A stretch of 64,000 nt of DNA. It comes from Haliscomenobacter sp. (GTDB lineage Bacteria > Bacteroidota > Bacteroidia > Chitinophagales > Saprospiraceae). The notes under the pieces are model-generated. The model made no database searches, was not told the DNA's origin, and saw nothing but the letters and a program-made list of their open reading frames with translations. This document shows positions 45,338-55,484 of the stretch, piece by piece; the stretch's first letter is position 1; every line of letters starts with the position of its first letter. The DNA is taken from contig NZ_CBDDBS010000003.1 in NCBI RefSeq assembly GCF_965225875.1, positions 2,320,701-2,384,700 of the forward strand, written 5' to 3'. The position numbers and the translations under genes were made by a program.

Positions 45338-46783
45338 ATGAAATCAGCATTGCTTTTTTGTCTCGCCTTGTGCACCTGGATCACTTTGTGGGCTCAAGCG
45401 GGGCCATTGTCTTCAACGAGTGGCTTCACCAACGCCGCCAGTTTTGGTTTTTCCCCCAGCGCCACGGGTCTCGTAAACATGCAGGCTCTGCAAAAGGCGG
45501 TGGATCAGGGCGGAACCATCCAGGTGAGCACTCCGGGAACCTACAAGTTGGCCGGCACGGTGTACCTTGGCAGCCATACCACCTTACAATTCGGCAATGG
45601 GGTTTTTATTCAAAAAGTGAACGAACAGGGTGACTTCTCCCACGTCCTCATCAACAAAGGGGCAAAGACCAAAACTTTTGATCAGAACATTACCGTAGAA
45701 GGCCTGCACATCATCGTGAACGGGATGGATGTCCGCAAGTTTGTGGAAGCTTACGGGCTACACGGCCAACTGGCTTTTTTCTATGTGAAAGACCTAAAAA
45801 TTGAACGCTTCCGCTGTCTTGATCTGGGTAAAGCCCAATACGGTATCCACGTTTGTACCTTTGAAGACTTGATCATCGACGATGTCATCATCAAGGGGCA
45901 AAAGGACGGTGTGCACCTGGGGCGGGGCAAACGCTTTACCATCCGCAATGGGGTTTTTCAAACCTTTGACGACGCCATCGCCCTAAATGCGCACGATTAT
46001 GCCACGGGTAACCCCGAATTGGGTTGGATCGAAAATGGGGTCATCGAAAATTGCCACGACCTGAATGCCGAAAACACCACTGGTTATTTTTGCCGCATCC
46101 TGGCTGGTGCCTGGATCGATTGGGACCCTGGCATAGAGGTACAGCAATCGGATGCCGTAGTGTCCAATGGCCGTTTGTACCGGGTACAGGCCAAACCCGA
46201 TGGAACCCTCTACAAGTCGCTCACTCAGCCTAGCCACGAAAAAGGCAGTATGGTGCTGGATGGCATCAATTGGGGCGTGGTGCAAGATGAGGTCACTTAC
46301 ACTGCGGGGGTGCGCAATGTGGTTTTTCGCAACATCTTCCTGGAAAAACCCCGCATCGGGCTCTCCATCCACTTTGACAACGACAAATACAGCCGCTCTT
46401 ATTACCCTGGGGCGGCCATCCCCCTGCAGGAGCAATTGGTGTTCGACAATGTGCGGGTGTTGCACGATCAGGACATCCCCCTGCTCTCGATCGCTACTCC
46501 GGTGAACATGGTTACACTCAGCAATTGCCACATCCGCAACAACCGCATTCACTTCCTCAGCAACAAGGCCATGTGGGATTACCTCAAAACCAATATCCTC
46601 ATCTATGGCTGCAACTTTGAGCACAAAGGCCCCATGGATTTACTGGTCAATGCAGTAGAGAATAAAGAGGTGTTGCTCAAAACCTTTGGGAATGTGGCTT
46701 TGTACGATGATTTTTTGGCGCGGATTGTTGGTGGTAAAGGTAAAATTGTAGTGGAATCGGATTTGAAGGGATTGGAAAGATAA
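45338..46783 (+). CDS. Exported right-handed beta-helix protein (pectin lyase-like fold, GH28-like acids)
   Basis: Signal peptide; ALQKAVDQGGTIQVSTPGTY entry motif; KDGVH and FDDAIAL. Confidence 0.65.
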   Translation: MKSALLFCLALCTWITLWAQAGPLSSTSGFTNAASFGFSPSATGLVNMQALQKAVDQGGTIQVSTPGTYKLAGTVYLGSHTTLQFGNGVFIQKVNEQGDFSHVLINKGAKTKTFDQNITVEGLHIIVNGMDVRKFVEAYGLHGQLAFFYVKDLKIERFRCLDLGKAQYGIHVCTFEDLIIDDVIIKGQKDGVHLGRGKRFTIRNGVFQTFDDAIALNAHDYATGNPELGWIENGVIENCHDLNAENTTGYFCRILAGAWIDWDPGIEVQQSDAVVSNGRLYRVQAKPDGTLYKSLTQPSHEKGSMVLDGINWGVVQDEVTYTAGVRNVVFRNIFLEKPRIGLSIHFDNDKYSRSYYPGAAIPLQEQLVFDNVRVLHDQDIPLLSIATPVNMVTLSNCHIRNNRIHFLSNKAMWDYLKTNILIYGCNFEHKGPMDLLVNAVENKEVLLKTFGNVALYDDFLARIVGGKGKIVVESDLKGLER

Positions 46784-46857
46784 TGATGAACAATGCCATG
46801 TGAATTAGTGCTGCCATCATCTTTTTCACTGCGGCTATTTTTCATCATTACCAACCC

Positions 46858-48708
46858 TCATTTTTCCCCCATCCAGATAGAACGGATGAACAACTGTTGG
46901 GCGCTGGCCTTGGGATCTGGATTGATGAGAATCGCGGGCACAATCTCCTCGCGGATATCGGCCTGCAAGGTTAGTTCTTTCTCTTCCGTATCCGAAATCT
47001 TGCGTTTGACCACAAATGTAACCGTATCCCCAAGTTGAGAATGGGTCGAATAATGCTCAAAACAGCTTTGGTAGCTTGTCAGGTCAAAAGCTTGACCATT
47101 CATCGAAACGAATTTATCGCCCACTTGGAACCCTAAACGTTTCCCTAAATCGGTGGCTTCATCAAGTGACTGCACCAACAATGTTTTCCGATCGGGTCCA
47201 AGCGCCATGCCAAAAAGAATTTGCCGTTGGATCATCTTGGTTTCACCTTTGGGGTTGTATGCTACTCCAAGTGTGGCAAAGGTTTCGGCCAAGGGCAGTG
47301 GCTCCGCATTTTCGACATGTTTTTTAAAAAATGTACGTACTTCTGGATACGTTAATTCGGTAATCTTATCAAATAATTCATGGTCTTTGAATGATTTGTG
47401 TGGGCCATATTGCTTGGCCAAATCGCTCATCAATGCCCGGGTGTTATACTTTCCATTGGATTTTTGTAACAATAGGGCATCCAGGCAAAGGCCAATCAGC
47501 GCACCTTTCTCGTACACATTCTGGTACTGAGATTTGTATTTGTCCAAAGCGCCCAAAGAGAGTTCCGTAAAGGCCAGAGAGTCATTGAACATACTGGTAG
47601 CGTTATTGATTTTACTGGCTTGTCGATCCAGATAAGTCTGCAAGTCAATCAGCCCTGCCCGCAATTGGGAATGGTGCGCGGCATATTCGGTTAGTCCCTC
47701 GTACAGCCAAAGATGCTTGGACATTTTGGTGTCGATGTAATCAAAATGGCCAATTTCCTCGCTGTGAATGTTCAGAGGGGTAAGAATGTGTAAAAACTCA
47801 TGGGCTGCAATGTCTCTGAAAATACTGGACTCCTCCGAGGCTGGAAGGTTGGATGGTAAAAAGGTAAAGCATGACTGTGAATGTTCCAAGGCTCCGAAGC
47901 GGGTCAGGTTTTTTCGATTCGAAAAATGCACCAGGAAAGCGTATTTATCCACGGGTAGTTTGCCCCCAAAATAGCTGCGGTGAGCTTCCAGTATTGGCTT
48001 GATGTCTTTCAATAAGGTTTTGGCTATGTTTTTTTGACCTTGCTTGTACACCGCAATCAAAACGGAGGTTTTGCCTACTTTAAGCCAGGCCGTATCTGGT
48101 TCACAGTAAAGAATTGGCGCATCAACCAAAGTATGGTAATTGCGGGTTTGGATCACGTCCATCTCCGGATTGCTTTGTTTGGATGGCTGAAGGGACGTAG
48201 CCCCATAAAAACCTTTGGGTTTGGAGATGCGCACTTGATAAGGCCGCTCTTCCAGGTTTTTTAAGTACCCAATGAAGCCGAAAGAATTGAGAACGAAAAA
48301 GGAATCTTGTTGGATATTGGTTCCCGCAGGTTCAAAGATGTCGCCCTTAATTTCGGGGGAGTCCCAGCTGTCGTCCACTTCGTAACTAAGGTGGTGTAGG
48401 TTTTGGGCACCTTTGATGATCCATGTGTTGGAGTCAGGATGTTCGACCTGGAGTTGGATTCCCGCGCGGTCAAATGCCTTGAAATTGCTCACGTATGCGC
48501 CATAATTGTGAATGGCATAGGTGCCGGGTACGATTTTGGGGAGATGGAACGCAATTGCTTCGGCCATCACCTTGGGCGTTTGAATGTTGACCGCTAAACG
48601 ATCTTTTTGCACTTTGCGGAGGTCAATTGCAACTTGATACCCTTTTTGGGCTACGGCATGATTAAATACCATGAATAAAACGAAGGTAGCCAGCAAGAAC
48701 TGTTTCAT
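46858..48708 (-). CDS. M61 family metallopeptidase (glycyl aminopeptidase-like) with PDZ domain
   Basis: Signal peptide MKQFLLATF (ATG 48708); PKIVPGTY, GALEH, AAHEFLH (HExxH), WLYEGLTEY, YEKGAL; PDZ-like GFQVGDKFVSMNG. Confidence 0.88.
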   Translation of the reverse strand: MKQFLLATFVLFMVFNHAVAQKGYQVAIDLRKVQKDRLAVNIQTPKVMAEAIAFHLPKIVPGTYAIHNYGAYVSNFKAFDRAGIQLQVEHPDSNTWIIKGAQNLHHLSYEVDDSWDSPEIKGDIFEPAGTNIQQDSFFVLNSFGFIGYLKNLEERPYQVRISKPKGFYGATSLQPSKQSNPEMDVIQTRNYHTLVDAPILYCEPDTAWLKVGKTSVLIAVYKQGQKNIAKTLLKDIKPILEAHRSYFGGKLPVDKYAFLVHFSNRKNLTRFGALEHSQSCFTFLPSNLPASEESSIFRDIAAHEFLHILTPLNIHSEEIGHFDYIDTKMSKHLWLYEGLTEYAAHHSQLRAGLIDLQTYLDRQASKINNATSMFNDSLAFTELSLGALDKYKSQYQNVYEKGALIGLCLDALLLQKSNGKYNTRALMSDLAKQYGPHKSFKDHELFDKITELTYPEVRTFFKKHVENAEPLPLAETFATLGVAYNPKGETKMIQRQILFGMALGPDRKTLLVQSLDEATDLGKRLGFQVGDKFVSMNGQAFDLTSYQSCFEHYSTHSQLGDTVTFVVKRKISDTEEKELTLQADIREEIVPAILINPDPKASAQQLFIRSIWMGEK

Positions 48709-48991
48709 GAATTGATCTTTGGTTTTGCAGCAAATGAGTTCATCCCAATTGATACAACAAAGATGAAGGGGGCGCGACGAGTGTAAAACAAAATTTACAG
48801 GAATGCAGAAAAAGAGTGATGAGTGCAGGCCATCCGGTCTTTCCAAATGAAAATAATCCTAAGCAATAAAGGCAGGACTGATTCAAAACACAAAAAAATG
48901 AGTTACTGATCGCCCATTTGATGGGATCAGCCAATGAAATTGTAAACGTGTCGTGGGTCAATGGCGATGGGAATAGGAATGTAGGGAAGGA

Positions 48992-49333
48992 TCAAATGAA
49001 GAGTTCTCGCTTTTTTAAATACATACCGATCCAAAACAGGGCCAGGATCAAACCGGGCATTACCGGACTATGCAATTGTCCTACCAAATTCACCGCAATA
49101 GCGCCCCCCAGATAACTGCAAATGAGCAAAAATCCTAGTTTCATGCTACGTGGGTAAACAAACAGCAGGATGCAGACTAGCTCTAGTATACCTAAAGGCG
49201 CCATCAATTCTGCCATTCCCGGCAGTGGTAAGTCCACTTTTGTGGGGTCAAAAAGGAAGAGTTTGGCAATGGCTGAAAACAGCAGCATTGTTGTCGGCAA
49301 AAAATAGAAATACTGTTTGATAAATGATGGCAT
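48992..49333 (-). CDS. DoxX family membrane protein
   Basis: About 4 TM, SAIAKL, GILELVC, YLGGAIA. Start 49333 is supported by the promoter position. Confidence 0.8.
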   Translation of the reverse strand: MPSFIKQYFYFLPTTMLLFSAIAKLFLFDPTKVDLPLPGMAELMAPLGILELVCILLFVYPRSMKLGFLLICSYLGGAIAVNLVGQLHSPVMPGLILALFWIGMYLKKRELFI

Positions 49334-49348
49334 GGCAATGGTTTGGGA

Positions 49349-49425
49349 CAAAAATTCTAAGCTGTTCATGCTAAGGCAAGCCCCATTGTGCTGAAGTGGA
49401 CAAAATCACCGCTGAAATGGACAAA
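49349..49425 (-). promoter_or_regulatory. LytTR-type direct repeats plus -7 element of the doxX promoter
   Basis: GCTGAA(G/A)TGGACAAA at 49390-49404 and 49411-49425 (21-bp period). AATTTTTG on the minus strand at 49356-49349, 33 nt from the proximal box. Confidence 0.78.
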
Positions 49426-49548
49426 TCTGATGTTGATATTTTTTTTAAAAAATTGATTCATAAATACTTGTGATTTTTCTTGGCCAAATGATTGCTGAGT
49501 TATTAACTTGCCCGACATCAACGCTTTTCTCATATTAAGCAGCTACTT

Positions 49549-50523
49549 GTGAAACAAAAGTTATTGCGTTTAGCCCTTGTGCTATCTCCTCCAATGGCCA
49601 TTTATGGGGTAATGCCTATTTATATTTTTGCCAAGCTTGGTTGGTGGCCAATGTTGCAAGCGACCTTTTTTTTAGCCATCATGATTTATGTGTTTTGGCT
49701 AATCAATATCTTTTTGTTGGATTATGTCTCAAAAGTATGGTACCGCTTTGCACTGAGCTACCTACTGATGGCGTCCATTCATTGGTTGATATCTACACTC
49801 CTGATTTCATCGTTTGGCCCCAATGGTTACAAGATCAGTCTGGGCATCTATCCGCTACTGGCTATTTTAGCCCTGGACGCTTTTATCTTTATTCTCATCC
49901 AATCCAATCTGCTACAATTCCAAAAGGAACAGGCCGAACTGGAGGTACAAAATTTGAGATTAAGTAATCTAGAGGGGCAAAAACAAGCCCTGATGCAACA
50001 ACTGCAACCCCATTTTTTGTTCAATGCCTTGAGTACACTCAAATCGCTGATCAAGGAAAATGCCGCTGGTGCGGAGGATTATGTGCTCAAGCTTTCGGAG
50101 TTCCTGCGTTATTCTGTACACAATCAGGAGACTGATTGTGTGAGTTTGCGCGAAGAGCTACAGTTTACCCAGGATTACCTAGATCTTCAAAAGGTTCGTT
50201 TCGGACAGGCCCTTCAATGCCAAATTACCATACCGGATGCTGTGCTCAACCGTTTGCTTCCGATGTATGCCTTACAATCTTTGGTGGAAAATGCCATCAA
50301 ACACAATGCCTTCACCGAAAACAAACCGCTGCATTTAAAAATTGAGTGCCTGGAAAACCGCCTGAAAGTGAGCAACAATAAATCGCCCAAGGCGATCCAG
50401 TCAGCGTCGGGAACGGGGTTGAAAAACTTGCAAAAACGGTACGAGCTTTACCTCAGTAAAGGCATCGAGATAGAAGACGGCGACCAAGAATTTGTGGTTT
50501 TCCTGGAATTAATCAATCCTTAA
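49549..50523 (+). CDS. LytS/YehU-type sensor histidine kinase
   Basis: TM segments; QLQPHFLFNAL, LREEL, QSLVENAIKH, GTGLKNLQKR. Confidence 0.9.
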   Translation: MKQKLLRLALVLSPPMAIYGVMPIYIFAKLGWWPMLQATFFLAIMIYVFWLINIFLLDYVSKVWYRFALSYLLMASIHWLISTLLISSFGPNGYKISLGIYPLLAILALDAFIFILIQSNLLQFQKEQAELEVQNLRLSNLEGQKQALMQQLQPHFLFNALSTLKSLIKENAAGAEDYVLKLSEFLRYSVHNQETDCVSLREELQFTQDYLDLQKVRFGQALQCQITIPDAVLNRLLPMYALQSLVENAIKHNAFTENKPLHLKIECLENRLKVSNNKSPKAIQSASGTGLKNLQKRYELYLSKGIEIEDGDQEFVVFLELINP

Positions 50524-50530
50524 AGCATCA

Positions 50531-51295
50531 ATGATGAAAGTGGTCATTCTCGAAGATGAAAAACTAACCGCCACGGACTTAGCCAAAACCCTCCAAAGTC
50601 TGGACAACGACATCGAAATCATCGCTATGTTGGGTTCACTGGAAGATGCCAGGGCTTATTTTAAGACCGATCCAGTACATGACTTGATTTTTTCCGATAT
50701 CGAATTGGGTGATGGCTTGAGTTTTGAATTGTTTGAACAACTAAAACTAAACACCCCGATTGTTTTTTGTACCGCTTACAGTAAATATGCACTGGAGGCT
50801 TTTAACACGTTAGGGATTGATTACATTCTCAAACCATTCAGTAAAGTTTCCATTGAAAAAACCTTGAGCAAATACCAACAGCTCCAGCAAAAACTGGCAC
50901 CACCCAGTGATCAGTATGCGGTATTGCTCCAAACTTTACAACAACAACTTCAGCCCCGTAGCCCTTCAGTGATTGTGCAACAGGGGGATCGGGTCATCCC
51001 CATTCGGGGCGAGGAGATCGCAGTTTTTTGGATCGAAGATGATTATACTTTTGCGCTTACCTTCGAGCAAAAAAAGTACATCGTGCCCCAACGCCTCGAA
51101 GCTTTGGAAAAATTATTTTCGCCGAGCTTTTTCCGCGCCAACCGCCAATTTCTCGTCAATCGGCAGGCGATTAAAGATGCTACGCAGCACTTCAACCGCA
51201 AACTGCAGGTTAACTTGAAGGTCGCTTTTTCTCATACGATCCTGATTGGAAAACTCAAACTCAACGCCTTTATGGACTGGCTGGCTGAATATTAA
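50531..51295 (+). CDS. LytTR family response regulator
   Basis: Receiver ILEDE...FSDIEL...FCTAY...YILKP; LytTR FFRANRQFLVN. Confidence 0.93.
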   Translation: MMKVVILEDEKLTATDLAKTLQSLDNDIEIIAMLGSLEDARAYFKTDPVHDLIFSDIELGDGLSFELFEQLKLNTPIVFCTAYSKYALEAFNTLGIDYILKPFSKVSIEKTLSKYQQLQQKLAPPSDQYAVLLQTLQQQLQPRSPSVIVQQGDRVIPIRGEEIAVFWIEDDYTFALTFEQKKYIVPQRLEALEKLFSPSFFRANRQFLVNRQAIKDATQHFNRKLQVNLKVAFSHTILIGKLKLNAFMDWLAEY

Positions 51296-51318
51296 TACAC
51301 GCTCTAAGTCGTCTATAG

Positions 51319-51407
51319 TTCAGCCATCTTTACAATAGGTTCGATGCTTACTTTGTCCACTTCAGCTAGCTACTTCTTTCCTCCTTGGGCCTTAACCTGA
51401 ATTTTTG
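51319..51407 (+). promoter_or_regulatory. LytTR-type boxes plus -7 element of the DUF2147-TolC-ABC operon promoter
   Basis: TTTGTCCACTTCAGC at 51352-51366 is the exact reverse complement of the 49390 box. Weaker TTCAGC/TTCGAT copies at 21-bp steps; AATTTTTG at 51400-51407, 33 nt downstream. Confidence 0.78.
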
Positions 51408-51421
51408 CATGGTCTAAACAA

Positions 51422-51811
51422 ATGATCACCATGCAAAACATCATCTTGCGTATTCTTTTTCAGTGCTTGCTTTTGGGGAGCACCCACGCTCAAATCTTCG
51501 CTCAGGAGGCTAAGGCGATTCTTGGTTTTTGGAAGGATGGCGCCAATCCCGACAAACAGATCGAAATGTACGAGCAGGGCGGCCGCTATTTTGGCCGATC
51601 TACACCTAGTGCTCCAAAACCTGGTTTTTTGGTCTTTCAAGACCTGGCCTGGAATGCTTCCAGCAAATCTTATCAGGGTTACATCCAAGACCCTGAAGGG
51701 AGCGGCCGTTATCCCATTGCCATTACCTGGAATGGCCCCAATGCTTTCCAGTTTAAGATCAAAAGACTGGTTTTTACCAAATCCTTCCGCTTTGTTCGCA
51801 TCACTCAATAG
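51422..51811 (+). CDS. DUF2147 family exported protein
   Basis: Signal peptide; ILGFWK...IEMYEQGGRYFG, GYIQDPEG. Confidence 0.75.
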   Translation: MITMQNIILRILFQCLLLGSTHAQIFAQEAKAILGFWKDGANPDKQIEMYEQGGRYFGRSTPSAPKPGFLVFQDLAWNASSKSYQGYIQDPEGSGRYPIAITWNGPNAFQFKIKRLVFTKSFRFVRITQ

Positions 51812-51817
51812 CAGACC

Positions 51818-53134
51818 ATGATCAAAAGAATATTATTGCTTGGGCTGCTGTTGATGACCGGACATTACTGGTGTTGGGGGCAGCAGATTTTTACCGATCT
51901 CCCAGGTTTACTCCATTACGCCCAACAGAAGAGCAGCAAGGTCCGTTCTGGCCAAATTCGCCTCGATCAAGCCAAATTGACCAAAGTTGCGGCAATCCTG
52001 GGCGTGCCCGATCCCTCGGGTAGCCTCTCTTTCAGCTATACCAACAATACCCGTTTGCCAGTAAACCTCTTTCCCGCTGAGATTTTTGGTGGTCCAAAGG
52101 GTACTTTTCAAGAAATCCAAACCGGCGTTCAGTACTTGAGCAATCAGAATTTTTACGCCGAGATCAAACTCTTCAACCTGGAGGGCTGGGAAAAGCTCAA
52201 ACAGTCTAAGTTGAGTATGCAGAGTACTTTAGCCGATAATCAGTTGCAGCTCAAAAATTTGTTCGACAATATTGCTGCGCTTTACAGCAATATTGCCAAC
52301 CTGAGCGCGCAATACCAGGCTACCCAACAGCATCTTGCAATTGCGGACACTTTGCGGCAGCTTACACACCAGAAATGGGAACAAGGACTGGCCAAACCGC
52401 AAGACCTGAATGAGACTGAAGTCAATTACCTCAATACCCAGGCTTCTTTGCAGCAACTGCAATTTTTGCTGCAACAGCAACACCTGGCCCTCAAAGTGCT
52501 GTGTGACATTCCCCTGCAGGATTCACTGTTGGTTCAGCCGGTGGTACCCCTGGAAAATCTGGCACCCAATCCCGAGGTGAACCTCAATCTGTTGGCCTCA
52601 CAGCGGGTTGAATGGCAGGAAAAACAGGCATGGTCAAGCTTCCGGAGCACGTTGTTTGCTCAGTTGCCCACCGTTTCTTTGTTCTTTTCCAGCACCCGCC
52701 AACAGTTCAACACCCGCGCCCGCTTGTTCGACCAGGATCAGCGCTGGATTCCGAGTAGCTACCTAGGCGTGCGCCTGGCGGTACCGATTCCCTCTGCCCA
52801 ATCGGTGGCTCAGGTGGGGAAGGCGCGTTACGATTATGCCCTCGCACAGGAACAGGCCAATCAGACGCGCATCCAAGCCCGACTTCAACAACAACAGCTG
52901 GTCACCGAGTATCAACAGGCATTGGTTCAATTAAAATCCAATGAAGCGATTTTGCGCTTGCATCAAGATACCTACGTCAAAAATCGCCTCAATTACAATG
53001 CCGGGATTACCAGCCTGGAACCAACCCTGCGCAGCTATCAGGCCATGGTCAATAGTGCAAGCAATCGCATCAACGCTGCGGTGAGTGTGCTACAGGCCCA
53101 ATCTAAAATTTACATCAACAATACCCTCAAATGA
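51818..53134 (+). CDS. TolC family outer-membrane efflux protein
   Basis: Signal peptide and two helical OEP-like repeats; operonic with the MFP and ABC genes. Confidence 0.85.
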   Translation: MIKRILLLGLLLMTGHYWCWGQQIFTDLPGLLHYAQQKSSKVRSGQIRLDQAKLTKVAAILGVPDPSGSLSFSYTNNTRLPVNLFPAEIFGGPKGTFQEIQTGVQYLSNQNFYAEIKLFNLEGWEKLKQSKLSMQSTLADNQLQLKNLFDNIAALYSNIANLSAQYQATQQHLAIADTLRQLTHQKWEQGLAKPQDLNETEVNYLNTQASLQQLQFLLQQQHLALKVLCDIPLQDSLLVQPVVPLENLAPNPEVNLNLLASQRVEWQEKQAWSSFRSTLFAQLPTVSLFFSSTRQQFNTRARLFDQDQRWIPSSYLGVRLAVPIPSAQSVAQVGKARYDYALAQEQANQTRIQARLQQQQLVTEYQQALVQLKSNEAILRLHQDTYVKNRLNYNAGITSLEPTLRSYQAMVNSASNRINAAVSVLQAQSKIYINNTLK

Positions 53135-54240
53135 AAACTTTAGCTTCTGCTCCTTATTGGATGATGGTACTGCTGGGAATCAGTTCTTTGGCATGTACCC
53201 AACAAATGGATGAAACCAGACCCATTCGCAAAAATGTTACAGAAACGGTTTTTGCATCGGGTGCCCTGGAGGCGGATGGGACTTACAATCTTACCGCTCA
53301 AACGGATGGTACACTGCTTCAGGTGTACTTCGAAGAAAATCAACAGGTGGGTTTATACGCTGTTTTTGCTACGGTAGACAACCCCCAAAACCAACTCAAT
53401 ACCGCGAGTGCCCAGGCTTTGTACGAAATCGCCCAAAAGAATACGCAAGCTGCTGCACCCAGCTTGTTGCAGGCTCAAAATTCAGTGCTGCTGGCACGCC
53501 GCCGAGTAGTTCAGGATTCCATCCAGTGGCAACGTTATCAGCGTTTGCTGGATGGCAAAAGTATTGCGCAGGTAGAATACGACAATGCTGAATTACAATA
53601 CCAAAGTGCACGTACCAACTACCAGAATGCGCAGGCCAATTACCAGCAACTCCAGGAGCAAGCGCGCCAAAACCTGGTTGTCAACGCTGCTCAACTTGAC
53701 GTGAATCGGGTGCTTTCAGCCAACAATCAATTGCGCACTCCTGTAGCGGGTAAGGTATATCACTTGTACAAACACCGGGGCGATTTTGTACACCGTGGTG
53801 ATGTGATTGCCACTATTGGTCATCCTGACCTGATTTATGCGAAGGTGAGTGTGGATGAGGGCAGCATCAGTAAGCTAAAAGTAGGGCAAAAGGCCGTCAT
53901 TCAGCTCAATACCCGTAAGGATAAAACGTATCAGGGTGAACTGGCCGAGATTTTACCTGCATTCAACGAAGCGACGCAGTCTTTTACGTGTAAGGTGCTA
54001 TTTGTCGATCCCCTGGATTTTCGCCTGCTGAATACCCAACTTCAGACCAACATCATTGTCGGAATCAATAAAAACGCCTTGCTGATTCCTCGCCGTTACC
54101 TCGACTATGGCAACCTGGTGAAGGTGAAAGGCCAGGAAAAACCACGCAAGGTCCAAACGAAGTTCATCAGCAGCGAATGGATCCAGGTGACCTCTGGCCT
54201 GGATGAAAGCACCACCATCATTACCCCTAAAATCAAGTAG
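53131..54240 (+). CDS. Efflux periplasmic adaptor (MacA-like lipoprotein)
   Basis: Lipobox SLAC; VFASG, lipoyl-like TPVAGKV, VSVDEG, KVGQKA. Confidence 0.88.
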   Translation: MKTLASAPYWMMVLLGISSLACTQQMDETRPIRKNVTETVFASGALEADGTYNLTAQTDGTLLQVYFEENQQVGLYAVFATVDNPQNQLNTASAQALYEIAQKNTQAAAPSLLQAQNSVLLARRRVVQDSIQWQRYQRLLDGKSIAQVEYDNAELQYQSARTNYQNAQANYQQLQEQARQNLVVNAAQLDVNRVLSANNQLRTPVAGKVYHLYKHRGDFVHRGDVIATIGHPDLIYAKVSVDEGSISKLKVGQKAVIQLNTRKDKTYQGELAEILPAFNEATQSFTCKVLFVDPLDFRLLNTQLQTNIIVGINKNALLIPRRYLDYGNLVKVKGQEKPRKVQTKFISSEWIQVTSGLDESTTIITPKIK

Positions 54241-54242
54241 CC

Positions 54243-55478
54243 ATGAACTTAGGTGTCAATACAGAAATTGCGCTTACGCATATTTTTACCCGCAAAAAAC
54301 AAACCCTGGTGGCGGCGATGGGGGTCACGATTGGGATCTCACTGTATATTTTTTCTGACTCCCTGATCAAGGGCTTTACGCAGTACTCCCGGGTGGAAAT
54401 GTTCAAAACCATTCCCCATGTTCGGGTTTTTAAGGAGGATGAGCTCAGTCAACCCTTGTTTGCTGCAACCGATACGCACTCAGTCGTTTTAATCAGCAAT
54501 CCCAAGATTACAACCTTGACCAAAAGTATCGTCAATCCTTATTTGTTGCTGGATCAGCTGAAGCAACATGATTATGTAAGTAGCGCAGCGCCCCAGGTCA
54601 ACGTCGATTTGTTCTACAACAACGGGCGTTCTCAAGTCAAAGGATTAGGAGCGGGAGTTAATATTCTGGAGGCTGATGCCATGTTTAACATCCAAAGTAC
54701 CATGCTGGCGGGTAGTTTGCAGGCATTGGCTTCCAATTTGAACGCCATCATTATTGGCAAAGGGGTTGCGGAAAAACTCAATCTCGATCTGGCCGACAAC
54801 CTAAGCATCACCTCGGCTTTGGGGGTGCGTAAAGTGATGAAAGTGGTAGGGATTTTTAGTACGGGCAACAAGGCTACGGATGAGTCCAAATCCTACCTCA
54901 ATATTGCTACCGCACAACAATTGCTCCAGGTAGGGCCAGATTACATCACGGAGTTGTACCTGAGCGTGGATGACCCCGACCGCTCTTTGGAATACGCCCA
55001 ACAACTCCAGGCCATTACCAATTACAAGGTGGAGGACTGGCAAACCAGCAATGCCGATACCCTGGCCAGTGACCGCATCCGTTCGGTGATGAATACCTCG
55101 GTGGCTTTTGCCATCATGATGGTGGCAGCTTTTGGCATCTACAATATCCTCAACATGACCATTACCCAAAAGCTGAATGATATTGCCATCCTGAAAGCCA
55201 CCGGATTTAGTGGCAAGGACATCGTCCGCATCTTTGTGCTGGAAGCATTCATCATGGGCGTTCTGGGCACTGCAATGGGACTGAGTGCCGGGGCTCTTTT
55301 GGTCAATATCCTGAGCAAGGTTTATGTAGGGCCACCGATTGGGTATTTTCCGATTTATTACCGATTGGATGTATTTGCTGTTGGAGCCATTTTTGGCATG
55401 TTCACTTCCCTTGGTGCTGGCTATTTGCCTGCCCGCAAAGCGGCCAGAGTGGATCCAGTGGAAATTTTTAGAAAATAA
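54243..55478 (+). CDS. ABC transporter permease (MacB/LolE/FtsX family)
   Basis: TM-periplasmic-TM layout; DIAILKATGF, YLPARKAARVDPVE. Confidence 0.9.
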   Translation: MNLGVNTEIALTHIFTRKKQTLVAAMGVTIGISLYIFSDSLIKGFTQYSRVEMFKTIPHVRVFKEDELSQPLFAATDTHSVVLISNPKITTLTKSIVNPYLLLDQLKQHDYVSSAAPQVNVDLFYNNGRSQVKGLGAGVNILEADAMFNIQSTMLAGSLQALASNLNAIIIGKGVAEKLNLDLADNLSITSALGVRKVMKVVGIFSTGNKATDESKSYLNIATAQQLLQVGPDYITELYLSVDDPDRSLEYAQQLQAITNYKVEDWQTSNADTLASDRIRSVMNTSVAFAIMMVAAFGIYNILNMTITQKLNDIAILKATGFSGKDIVRIFVLEAFIMGVLGTAMGLSAGALLVNILSKVYVGPPIGYFPIYYRLDVFAVGAIFGMFTSLGAGYLPARKAARVDPVEIFRK

Positions 55479-55484
55479 ATCATC

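Noticed and set aside
44965-45633. ORFs 44965..45261 and 45265..45633 in the yceI to beta-helix gap
   Set aside because: They have no recognisable motifs; the first runs through the 43-bp repeat and the second overlaps the real gene in another frame.
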